A stretch of DNA of 64,000 nt from Phaeosaccion multiseriatum (Eukaryota; Protista; Ochrophyta, other classes): positions 4,774,001 to 4,838,000 of the forward strand of contig OZ218952.1 of NCBI GenBank assembly GCA_965112735.1, given 5' to 3'. The translations under genes were made by a program, and so were the position numbers. Under the pieces are notes generated by a model. That model searched no databases. It was given only the letters and a program-made list of their open reading frames with translations, and was not told the DNA's origin. Shown here one piece after another: positions 11,271 to 22,011 of this stretch (its first letter is position 1; every line of letters begins with the position of its first letter).

Positions 11271-13235
11271 TATCTCTCTCTTCTCTCTTCTGCACGCATA
11301 AAACCAGGGCTTCTTATGCGCCTCCCACGACTCCACGAGTGAGGAAATTCAAGAGCAGGCCGAACATCGACAAGTGCAAAGAGCCCGAGGTGAGTGAGGT
11401 GTTGCCATCATCGCCCATCTTTCTCTGTTCCAATGTTTCGGTGTTCTTTGCAACGACGACAGGCTCCAGTGATTGGCATGTTTGAGAACGCCTTCCTGAA
11501 TAGGGCGAGATACGACTACGGCAGCGCCTTCAGAGGGCCTACAGGCGATAGATACTGTAAGCATGCAAGGAAAGCACCGACGAGAGGGGGTTGTGAGGGT
11601 GGGCTACCAATCTTGTCTTTCGGAGTCAGGCTCAGGGCCGAGGGCTAGGCTCTGTCGCTATCAACTTCCCTGCAACGGCGTGGTGGCTCTGACGCTTTCA
11701 ACCTCCTCCTCCCTGTATGTATCTCCATCCATTTTTTCTCGCACTCACGTACACACATACACTCACACTTGCAGCTTACGTGCAAGACGACGGCACTCCC
11801 GGGCCTCTGGCCTACAACACCTGGCGGCACAAACAAGGCGTGACTGTCAAGAGGCCCCACAGCAGCTCCCCCGTCTTCTCTTCCGACGTGGCTGCGAGGA
11901 GACAGCTCGCTTGCCAGGTACGTGCAAAGGCAGGTCTCTTTTCTGGAAGGGACGCCACTGCTAACCAAACGTCCGAGCGAACGCGAGGGCCTTCTGGTAT
12001 CCGGTTAGATGACTGCTCGGTCCTCGTTTACTTACTTTCTCTCGCCTCCTTCCTTCCCTCTGCAAGGCTGCAAACCGGGTGCGGCACTCAGATCTCCCGC
12101 TACCCTTCGCGGACTCCCATCGGACGGTGGGTCACGAGATGCAGCAGTCCCCTCTCCGGTACAGCAGCTTCAGGAGCGCGGCTGAGCGGATCCCTGCCAG
12201 CGACAGGGAGGCCCGCACAGACAAGAACATCGGGCCCGGCACATATGACGTCACAAAGGATGGCAGGTGAGGCGAGTGTTTCTTAAGCCAGGCGGAAAAG
12301 CGCGTACAGTCAGGAGCAAAGGAGGGGCACAAGGCACAGTGGGTTACCGTATACGTACGGCATAGTCAGTCCACGCACAGTCCACGCACGGCTCGCTGAG
12401 TGACCGCGGGGCCCCTTCTCTCTGACGGTCTCCTTGCGGGAGGACACAGGATAGGCGAAGAGACTTTGTCTGCGCTTCGTAGCTTCGAGCTGTGCCTTCG
12501 TCGAGTGCTGCTGCTGCTGCTGCTGCTGGTGATGCTGCTGCTGGTGCTTGTCGTTGGCCTTACCACCTCTGTCCCCTGACACGGCCCCTCCCCTCAGGTC
12601 GGTGGGTGTGAAGGTCGAGTACTACTATGGACGCGCACCGAGTCGCTTTTACCCGCAGAGCTTCCACGCCCAGCAGCAGCACCGCCGCCGCGGCAGCAGA
12701 TCGAGACGGCGGCCTCAGACGGCAGGGGCAGTGGGGGGGAGAAGGGGTAACAGCTCCAGGGGGGCAGAGGAGGAGGAGCTCAGGGGTGGGCGAGGCAGTG
12801 GGGGGGAGGGCAGGGAGCGAGAAGAGCTCTCTCGGGGACGGCCAGGGGGGGAGGGCCGCGGTAGCCACATTCGACGAGGCAGCATGGTGCACGGGACCCA
12901 CAGCCGGATACGACACAAAAGCACCAACTTCCTCGCTGGTGCAGAGGAAGGAGGAGGAGGAGGAGGGTGTGGTAGGGACGGCGGTGCTTTCAGGGAGGCG
13001 CAGCAGCGCGATGATGATATTGACGATGATGAGGATGAAGATCCGACGGCGTGGAGGATGGTGGTGGAGCAGGTGCAGCTGAGTAGGAGGGGGGGGGCAG
13101 GGGCGGGCCAGCAGGGGCAGCAGGGGAGGGGCTCAGGGGCAGTAAGTGAGCACTCTGCTTCTTCTTTCCTCAGTTCGAGCCTGGTGCTGCAGCGCAAGGG
13201 GCTGGCCTGTGCTCAGCCTGGCCCAGCGGAGGCAC

Positions 13236-13276
<41 letters not shown>

Positions 13277-13321
13277 ACAACAATTGACTCGAGTCGTCAC
13301 ACTTGTGGTCCCGTGCACCTT

Positions 13322-13358
<37 letters not shown>

Positions 13359-13657
13359 GGCGGCAATTTTTGATGCAGCAGCACCGGGAGGCCCCTCGGA
13401 CAGCTCAGTCACCACCGCGACGACCGCTCAGCGCGCGACAGTCTCCACGGCCTCTGTTGTCCCCCACTGGCATCGGCACACAAAGGCACGAGCCCACTGA
13501 GCGGCCGCCACGACCGCAACCTGTTCCTTCGTCTTCTTACTCTTCTCCTCGCCCGCCTCTGCCTCGGCCTGCTTCCTCATCGGGTGTCAGGACACGCAGG
13601 CCGGTGTCAAGTGAAGGCCCGTCCTTCGTTCGCCGCACGGAGGTGCGCGTGCACTGA
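11106..13657 (+). CDS. Six-exon hypothetical protein with PGP-x-x-Y (SHIPPO/STPG-like) motifs and a low-complexity C-terminus; possibly flagellar
   Basis: ATG at 11106. GT-AG exons at about 11106-11167, 11308-11389, 11463-11556, 11775-11917, 12067-12266 and 12598-13657 join in frame. Motifs TPGPLAYN and IGPGTYDV. Confidence 0.6.
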
Positions 13658-14918
13658 GCTGCCAGTGTGTCAGTGTTTCGGTTTCAGTTTGTTAGAGCGA
13701 CCCACTATGTGAGGAACGATTGGATTCGATAGCAAAGACGAAGCTAGTCCTCAAGCGCCAGCTGTAGCTTCGCAGTCTCACCCCCCTGAGGGTGGGACAG
13801 ATTGGCTGTGGCCGGCGCAAACCAATTAGCGGGCAGCTCCTTTCGGGCCAGCCATTGGTTTGAGGTCTACTAAACGGAAACTGATTCAACAGGTCGGACA
13901 GGGTAGGCCACTCTTCCTTCTATGCTTCTAAGCTTTTTAAGAGTCTGCCTACTTCGCAGCAAGAATCTCGAACCAATCCCCAGACATACCGTTCTCTTTT
14001 TCCCTCTCAAGGACGCACAGTTCATCCCCGCCAGGAGCGGCTCCGCAAAGTCACGGCTAAGCGCCTCAGTCTCAGGTTTTGCACTAATCACACCTGCGGA
14101 CGTAGGCCGCCAAGTCGCCTCTTGACTCCTGACGGTGAACAGTACGTGCACGTGTATTTGCCAGCTGTGAGACTGCTGCTCCACGCACTCATCTGCGGCA
14201 CGGACTGCTCATGGCCGCCACCCCCCTCCACCATTCCAGGATCTTGTGTGAGGCATAAAACTAATTTGGTGTATATTCGAAGGAATGATTAGCAACACTT
14301 TCGGGCCCGGCGCCGAGTCTTTTGTTCAGACTGAGCCGAGGAAACCAACTACGCCTGCTCTTCAGACAGCCAAAGAGTACGAAGAGTAGAAGTAGACCAG
14401 CATCACGCAGGAGCGCATCACGACGAGCGGAGTGGGCACTTGCTTCCTTCCGTCAGAAATTGCCTGGGGGGGTGGGAGTATAACACAGATCACAGCGCAC
14501 AAGCGCTGATGCTTCGGCCGCCGGATGCCCCCCACCAGTCACCAGTCGTAGACAGAGCACAGGATGGCGGCAGGCCTTCGCCAGTAGCCCTAAGCTGAAT
14601 AATCCAAGGGTTGCCCGTTTCCTGACTCCAGCACAGTCTTCAATCTCTAGGGCGGTGCTTTCTCCTCTAATAAGCCAAGAGAAGAGTTGCTCTTCGTTTC
14701 TTGGCTTCCCTATGGGTAACACTACTCTTCCAGGGGAGAAAGTACGCGCCATTTCTGTGTTGCGCTGAGTCGAGATGGTTTGCTCGAGTAAGTCCGCTGA
14801 ACACATGACTAGAAGTATGTCTGTCCGCCCTTCCACCGCAGGTCCTTCCTTCCGTTCCCTTGTCGCTTATCTCAGAGCAAGTGCAACAAAAGAGTCCGTC
14901 CCCATGACCGTTCTGCCT

Positions 14919-16316
14919 TCAATGTCGGATGGTCCTCCACACGGCCGATCCGGGCGCCTTCTCCTCCGAAGCGCCGTAGAGCACTCTGGTGAGCTCCACG
15001 AATTGAGGAGGGCTGAGCTGCTCGGGCCGCTTGGTGGCGAACTCCTCTGGCAGCTCCACACCCTTTTGTGCACACATGGGCTTGAGCGACTGCCGCAGCA
15101 TCTTGCGGCGCTGCTGGAAGGAGCACGACACGACCTTCTTGAGGTGTGCCTGGTCCACTCCCACACCCCGACCCGTGAACTCGAGCGAGATGAGGGCCGA
15201 CTTGACCTTGGGTTGCGGGTAGAAGACTGTGGGGGGGATGACGAACAGAATCTGGGGAAACGAGGCGGGGAGGGGTGGAAGGGGTTGGTGAGTAAGGACA
15301 GGGGGATCACGGGGGGACGTCACCCAGCGCGTCTGCCGAGTCAATCTGGTCTCCGCATGCCCCCACCACACTCGAGCACCCACCCACCCACCGACCCACC
15401 CACCTGAGGATTGGCGTAGAGCTGATAGACCACACTCAAGATGCCGTACTCCTTGGTGTTGGGCTTTGCCACCACGCGCTGCGCCACCTCCAGCTGCATT
15501 GTCACCACCGCGCGGCCGATGGCTCGGTAGTGGTCGCACAGCATAAAGAGGATCTGGCTGGTGATGTGGTAGGGCAGGTTGCCGATTATACTGAGCTTGC
15601 CTCGGATGGCAGCCACTTCCGTGTAGTCGATCTGCAGCACGTCCGAGTGCACCACGGTCAGCTGCGGCAGGCGCTCGTTGAGCTCGCTCACGGCGCGCTG
15701 GTCAATCTCCACCGCTACCATCTTGGGGAACTGCTTCACCAGCACCTGCAGCAGGGGGGAGATAAGAGAGGGAGCGAGACAGGGGGTTAGTTCTTTCAGA
15801 CGGCCGTGGTGGAGGTGGATAGTCACGGAGAGGGGCGGGATTGTGAGCCCCGTGAAAGTACAGTGGCCAGAGCACTGTGTCTGTCTTGATCGAGTCTGGT
15901 CTTGTCAGCCCCCACCTCTCCGTCTCTTTGGCTCGCACCTGACTCAAAGCGCCCATTCCCGGGCCCAGCTCAATGACCGCCTGCCCGTTGGGGCTCCGGT
16001 CCACAAAGTGGTTGCAAATCTTCATCACGTAGTTTTGGTCGCTCAGGTAGTTCTGTCCGAGGGACTGCTTCGGTCGAAACCCCCCCGCCGGCAACGTAGG
16101 CGGCCTCATACTTCCTCCCTCGGAACCTTTTCTCCTCCCTTCTCCCCTCCCTCGCCCTCCTCCCTTCCCGCGCCCTCCTCCTCGCCCTCGACCCCTTCCC
16201 CCACCTCCTCTACCACCTCCTTCTCCGCTGCCGCTGGCCATGAATAGGCCGCTCGCACAGCCCATTCTCCGCCTCGACACTGCTGCTGATGTCACACCCA
16301 ACGAGTCCCTGCTGCA

Positions 16317-16347
<31 letters not shown>

Positions 16348-16607
16348 CTGCTTCTGCTGCTGCTGCTGCTGCTGGCTTGGGCGAGTACTCCACCACCTCT
16401 TCCCACTGGTTGCACCACAAAGGCCGAGCCTTGCTGGGCGAGCAGCGAAGCCACTACAATCGCCCCTACCCTATTGACCGTCCCTCTACATTGGCTGCGT
16501 CGGCTCGTCCTCGAGCTCTGGCTTCGACAAGCAGTACACCATGGCATGCTCGCACTGCCCTCTGTGCGCGGCTGCTGGTGGGTTCCCCGCCGTGCCCGCG
16601 TCACCAT
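14919..16607 (-). CDS. ksgA: Plastid-targeted rRNA adenine dimethyltransferase (KsgA/RsmA/Dim1 family), 3 exons
   Basis: Motifs PKQSLGQNYL, IELGPGMGALS, VAVEIDQR, IIGNLPYHITSQIL, YGILSV, FYPQPKVKSA, FQQRRKMLR and RPEQLS. Hydrophobic leader ends in GSA-FVV (bipartite plastid motif). Start may be 16607 or 16547. Confidence 0.93.
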
Positions 16608-16840
16608 GGCACCTCAGCACCAGCTCCTACGTCTTCCAAGGCTTCTAGGGTCAGCTGCTGCCTCTGCTGCTCGCTGTTGCTCTGTAAAAGCTTGTGTGGC
16701 AGGCGCCAAACTCCAAACTCGGGAGCCGCAGGGTGAGGATGGCAGCAGAAGGCGTCTGCGAGTGGCGGGAGCCGGAAAGAAATACAAGATCTTATCCTCC
16801 TATTGCCCTGCTGCAGGTCGACAGCACTGTATAGAGCGAG

Positions 16841-18840
16841 ATGGAGGGAGATTCTTCACTCCAAGGCGCACTCAAGGCCGGAGGACAGGACCCCGAAGCA
16901 GTGACAGCACGTGCCACCGAGGAAGCTTGTCCTGCAGCAACAGGAGCAGCAGCACCAGAAGCAGGAGCAGGAGGGAATGGGGCCGAGGAGGGCACGCCTC
17001 TGGGAAAGGCGAATCGAAAGCGGCCGAGGGAGGAAAGCACAAGGACAGGCGGCGCCCAACAGGCACCCTCGAAGGCGAGCAAGGGGTCCTCTACGCAGCC
17101 TGCGATACATGACCGTGAAAGCAGAGTCCACAAGGTGAAGAGTCAGGGATCCTACGGGGGGGAAATGATGGAGCAGCTGAGCGAGGCGGAGAGGGAGAGA
17201 GTGGAGGCGGCAATGGCCAGGACCTATCCAGAGGTCACCCTGAAGCGACATGCTCTCTTCCTCCTGGGCTACTTGGGCTCGGGCTTTAGCGGCATGCAGA
17301 TCAACCCCGGGGTGCATACCGTGGAAGCAGAGCTGGAGAAGGCGGTGTTCCTCGCGGGTCTGATGCACCCTCTGAACTTTGGCTTCCCCGCCAAGGTGAG
17401 CTTCTCCCGAGCGGCGAGGACGGACAAGGGTGTGCACGCGGGGGCGCAGGTTTGCTCGATGAAGGTGTCCTTCGAGGCCCTACCCGCCACGACGGCGGCA
17501 CTCGACGCGCGCGACAAGGCCTCAGCGGCCAAGGGGGGCAGCGGCAGGGCCAAAACAGCTGCGGTCAAGGCGGCTGCTCGAGCGGCAACCAAGGCGGAGG
17601 CCGCCCAGTACGAGGTGTTGGTGGGGGAGGTCAATAAGTATCTGCCGGACAGCGTTCGTGTCTTCAGCATGTCCTCAGTGGGCAAAAAGTTCAAGTGAGT
17701 GAGTGAGTGAGTGAGTGAGTGAGAGGCAGCTTCGTTCATGTGCATGATGTCGCCAGCCAGCCGACAGTAGTGCTCATGTGCTACTGCTCCCCCCCCCCCC
17801 TCCCCTTCTCGTCCAAGTTCAAAGACACTGTGCAGTGGGAGGAGGTACGTATACCTCCTGCCTACCTTCTTGTTCATGCCACCCGAAGAGGCGAAGGAGG
17901 TGTTTCAGCGGGCCAGGAGCAGCCAGCTGGGCGAGCAGAGCGAAGCAGATGCCGCAGCAACAGCAGCAGCAGCGGCGGCGGCGGCGGCGCCAGCTGTGGC
18001 GTTAGACTCGGTGGAAGGATCGAGCCCTCCACAGCCCTCTGTGATGGAGCGGGCGAGCTTGGAGCTCGGCAAGTACCGCCTTAGTCCGGAGCGCCTCGCT
18101 GCTCTGCAGGACGTGCTCGCCATGTTCTGCGGAACCAAGAGCTATCACAAGTGAGTATGCACGTCTTCGAGGCGAGGCACAGAGGCATACGGGCAGAGCA
18201 GGCAGAGGAAGATAGAGAGGAGATGGAGCTCAGTCGCCTCCCTCTTCCTTGTTGGGCCTTGGACTCGACTCGCCCTCTCGCCGAGACAAGAGATGGCCGC
18301 TGACGCCCTTCCACCCACCCACCACCTGTCCTCCTCAGCTACACGCCGCGCATGGACTCTTCGGACGCCTCCGCAAAGCGCTACATTACCAAGTTTGCCG
18401 CTGGCGAGCCCTTCCTTGCCCCCTCCGATCCTGACGCAGGGGAACCCGCACAGCCACAGATGGAGTGGATCCACCTGTCCGTCTCGGGGCAGTCCTTCAT
18501 CCTGAACCAAATCCGAATGATGGTGGGCATGACCGTCGAGGTGGTGAGCGGCCGGGTTACGAGCGATGACTTTAACAAGTCATTCAGCGACGCGGCGGTG
18601 CGAGTGTCTGTGGCACCTCCCACCGGGCTCTACCTGGACATGGTCCTCTTCGACTGGTACAACAAGCAGGCGGACAAGCACAAGGCGGAGTGGAGCCCCG
18701 CTGCGGAGCAGGCTCGCGAGGCGTTCGTGGAGGGAAAGATTCGGCCGCACATCATCAAGCAAGAGGCTCTCCACCAGCCCTTCGCCACTTGGCTGGAGGC
18801 GCTTCCGTGCCACGCTGGGAAGAAGGACGCGCACAAGTAG
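16841..18840 (+). CDS. PUS1: tRNA pseudouridine synthase (TruA/PUS1 family), 3 exons
   Basis: GYLGSGFSGMQINP, catalytic AARTDKGVHAGAQV, spliced FNSKTLCSGRRYVYLLPTF, YHNYT and GQSFILNQIRMMVG. Introns at about 17696-17817 and 18151-18338. Confidence 0.93.
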
Positions 18841-19068
18841 ATGGGCCTCGGCTCTTAACGCAAATGAAACACACTTGGTTGATTGATGTGACAAGGCATG
18901 TGCACAGGTGTCAGAAGTTTGATTATATTTACAGCCTACAAAATTGAAGCCCACCACAAAAGAGAGGGTTGCTTGCCTTTGCGAACTACTCAAAACTCTG
19001 GAAACGCCACCGCTGCCCTGCTCTACTGCTCGACAAAGGCGACACTTCCAAGCCCAACCCTGCCATAT

Positions 19069-19899
19069 TTATGAGCTTCCGCCGATGATGGGGGCGAAGA
19101 GGGATGCGAAGATGGTCTTGTTTTGGACAAGCTCCTGAAACGCGGGGAAAGCAAAGAGAGAGAGAAAGTGTGAGTAAGAAATGAAATTTTCAGAGATGCG
19201 TCCCCCGCCGCTCCCCTGCACCCCACATCCCCCCCCTTCCCACGGCCGCCCACATGGCCTCACCTGGGCCCAGATGCCGACGACGGCAAGCATGGCCAGT
19301 CGGCCGTTGTTTCGCTCCTTGGTGCTCCTGGCGTAGCGGCCCTTGGCGTCGGAAGGCATAAGGCCAAGAGGGTCGAAGCCCAGGTCACCGGGGGTGTAGT
19401 CGGGGTTGAGGGCGGCGATGGGGGTGCCGGTCTCCTTCTCCGTCATGCTCCAGCCCCTCATAATCGTGTACGCCTCCACGCCGCCAATCATGGCCACGAG
19501 GACGATGGCGAGGTAAGGGGCATCTGCCTCGATGAGCTGGAAGTGGTTGATGGCAGGGCCCAAGGGTCCCTGTCCCTTGAGGAAGAAGGGGTGGAAGCCC
19601 TCCTGGAGCAGCATGCCCACGGAGGCAAGCATGGCCACACGCCCGTGCTTGATCTCTGCCTCAGCGAACTTGCGCAACAGCTTGTCGTCCTTCCCGTTGC
19701 TAAGTCCCAGAGGGTCGAAGAACCCGAAGGGGGCACACGCTCCGGGCGCGGTGTCCAGGTAGGACATCTGCATGGCGCTGCGGCTGGTGCTGGCCTTGGG
19801 GGCGTTCACCTTGGACAGAGCAAAGCCGGAAGGCGTGACAAAAGCCGAGGCCGTAGCCAGGACTCCTGCGGAGGCGAGGGCGATCTGGTGGCACTTCAT
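19069..19899 (-). CDS. LHCX: LHCX/LI818-type fucoxanthin-chlorophyll a/c light-harvesting protein, copy 1 (one intron, 19135-19263)
   Basis: ASA-FVTP bipartite leader. Motifs PFGFFDPLGL, EAEIKHGRVAMLA, FHPFF...GPAINHFQ, GW...DYTPGDLGFDPLGL and KERNNGRLAMLA...AQELV. Confidence 0.92.
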   Translation of the reverse strand: MKCHQIALASAGVLATASAFVTPSGFALSKVNAPKASTSRSAMQMSYLDTAPGACAPFGFFDPLGLSNGKDDKLLRKFAEAEIKHGRVAMLASVGMLLQEGFHPFFLKGQGPLGPAINHFQLIEADAPYLAIVLVAMIGGVEAYTIMRGWSMTEKETGTPIAALNPDYTPGDLGFDPLGLMPSDAKGRYARSTKERNNGRLAMLAVVGIWAQVRPCGRPWEGGGCGVQGSGGGRISENFISYSHFLSLFAFPAFQELVQNKTIFASLFAPIIGGSS

Positions 19900-20154
19900 G
19901 GTAAGGGGGCTGTAGGGAGAATAAAGATGTGTGGGAGGGCGTGTAGTGATTGGGTCGGCGCGTCTGGTTATTGCCGAATGACTCAGGGGGGCTGCGCGCA
20001 AGGATGATTGAATCTGAAACTGAAATTTCGTTGACATGTGCGATACAGTCATTTCGGCCCCGCCCCCCTGAGTCATTCGGCAATAACCACACGCACAGAC
20101 CCAATCACTACACACCCTCCCACACATATTTATTCTCCCTACAGCCCCCTTACC
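19900..20154. promoter_or_regulatory. Shared bidirectional promoter/5'UTR of the LHCX pair
   Basis: 255 bp between the divergent ATGs. Mirrored TGA(G/C)TCA (19979-19985 and 20069-20075) and CCAAT (20101-20105 and its mirror). Confidence 0.6.
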
Positions 20155-20985
20155 ATGAAGTGCCACCAGATCGCCCTCGCCTCTGCAGGAGTCCTGGCTA
20201 CGGCCTCGGCTTTTGTCACGCCTTCCGGCTTTGCTCTGTCCAAGGTGAACGCCCCCAAGGCCAGCACCAGCCGCAGCGCCATGCAGATGTCCTACCTGGA
20301 CACCGCGCCCGGAGCGTGTGCCCCCTTCGGGTTCTTCGACCCTCTGGGACTTAGCAACGGGAAGGACGACAAGCTGTTGCGCAAGTTCGCTGAGGCAGAG
20401 ATCAAGCACGGGCGTGTGGCCATGCTTGCCTCCGTGGGCATGCTGCTCCAGGAGGGCTTCCACCCCTTCTTCCTCAAGGGACAGGGACCCTTGGGCCCTG
20501 CCATCAACCACTTCCAGCTCATCGAGGCAGATGCCCCTTACCTCGCCATCGTCCTCGTGGCCATGATTGGCGGCGTGGAGGCGTACACGATTATGAGGGG
20601 CTGGAGCATGACGGAGAAGGAGACCGGCACCCCCATCGCCGCCCTCAACCCCGACTACACCCCCGGTGACCTGGGCTTCGACCCTCTTGGCCTTATGCCT
20701 TCCGACGCCAAGGGCCGCTACGCCAGGAGCACCAAGGAGCGAAACAACGGCCGACTGGCCATGCTTGCCGTCGTCGGCATCTGGGCCCAGGTGAGGCCAT
20801 GTGGGCGGCCGTGGGAAGGGGGGGGATGTGGGGTGCAGGGGAGCGGCGGGGGACGCATCTCTGAAAATTTCATTTCTTGCTCACACTTTCTCTCTCTCTT
20901 TGCTTTCCCCGCGTTTCAGGAGCTTGTCCAAAACAAGACCATCTTCGCATCCCTCTTCGCCCCCATCATCGGCGGAAGCTCATAA
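20155..20985 (+). CDS. LHCX: LHCX/LI818-type light-harvesting protein, copy 2 (intron 20791-20919)
   Basis: Spliced protein identical to copy 1. Intron GTGAGG...TTTCAG. Confidence 0.92.
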   Translation: MKCHQIALASAGVLATASAFVTPSGFALSKVNAPKASTSRSAMQMSYLDTAPGACAPFGFFDPLGLSNGKDDKLLRKFAEAEIKHGRVAMLASVGMLLQEGFHPFFLKGQGPLGPAINHFQLIEADAPYLAIVLVAMIGGVEAYTIMRGWSMTEKETGTPIAALNPDYTPGDLGFDPLGLMPSDAKGRYARSTKERNNGRLAMLAVVGIWAQVRPCGRPWEGGGCGVQGSGGGRISENFISCSHFLSLFAFPAFQELVQNKTIFASLFAPIIGGSS

Positions 20986-21340
20986 ATATGGCAGGGTTGG
21001 GCTTGGAAGTGTCGCCTTTGTCGAGCAGTAGAGCAGGGCAGCGGTGGCGTTTCCAGAGTTTTGAGTAGTTCGCAAAGGCAAGCAACCCTCTCTTTTGTGG
21101 TGGGCTTCAATTTTGTAGGCTGTAAATATAATACACAACGTTTGGCAACATACGCTGTCTCTCTCCCAGTGACGACTTTGACCTTGATCTCTCAACCATA
21201 TTCCCTGTGACACCTCGTCAGTAGTCTCCCCATCGATCCCCAACCTCCTCGTCGCCACCCTCCTGTCTTGTGCCTGTGCGCTGAGTCGGCCATTGGTGTC
21301 TGCTTCCAGGCACACCACGGTGGTAGGTCCTGCTCCTCGT

Positions 21341-21601
21341 GGGTCTCGCTGGCTGCTGCTGCCTTTCAAGGCCTGACGTCCGTGTATGGATTCACTGCCA
21401 TCCTGCAAATGTTGTTACTCAGGATGAAATGAGATTAGGGACGAATCCACTGAAGCTGCCATCAACTGCACTTGCAAACCCCTTGCACTCAAGGCGCACA
21501 TGATGGATTTCACCTTGAGTAGCACACCATTTGCAGGACGGCCTTGAATGTATACCACATGGACGTCAGGCCTGGAGCGGCAGCGGCAGCCAGCGAGACC
21601 C
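21341..21601. repeat. Imperfect inverted repeat / long hairpin (arms 21341-21430 and 21507-21601)
   Basis: GGGTCTCGCTGGCTGCTGCTGCC...GGCCTGACGTCC...TCCTGCAAATG...TACTCAGGATGAAAT pairs with ATTTCACCTTGAGTA...CATTTGCAGGA...GGACGTCAGGCC...GGCAGCGGCAGCCAGCGAGACCC. Confidence 0.88.
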
Positions 21602-22011
21602 CAATCACATTACGTAACTCTTAGGTTGATTCCTGTAAGTCAATGGGGCCCCCTTCCCCCACTTGAAGGGACGGAAGCAAATTACGCAGATATGCCGCAC
21701 CACACGGTGCATGGAGGTGAGTGCATACAGCGTCGACCCAGCATCCCCGCTTGGCGTCCCGAAGAAGGTTTGCTGGTCATGCCGCTCACTGATTTGAGGC
21801 TTCTGCTGCCCTTCAATGCGAAGCCTTGAGATGCGGTCCCCTTACCCCTCAGTGAAGCTCCCAATGACTTCTTTGCCTCAAAGACTTTCCCACTCACTTC
21901 CTGCTTGTGTCAATCACGTGCATGCCGGTCTGTTACTTCTTGCCGTGCCCAAGTCCTCCGAAGCTGAGAGAACGCTCACTACAACTGCAGTAGCAGAAGT
22001 GAACAGGCATC

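Larger units (their letters stand above)
18922..21132. repeat. Large inverted repeat: arms 18922-19992 and 20062-21132 (1071 bp each), 69-bp spacer
   Basis: Arms are reverse complements (coordinates sum to 40054). About 7 substitutions seen by eye. Confidence 0.97.

Noticed and set aside
13690-14870. Solo LTR or LTR-PBS starting TGTTAGAG
   Set aside because: No matching CA end, TSD, tRNA primer-binding site or second copy found in the window.
19069-20511. 480-aa minus-strand ORF and 315-aa plus-strand ORF
   Set aside because: Read-through across the palindrome spacer and the unspliced intron. True starts are 19899 and 20155.
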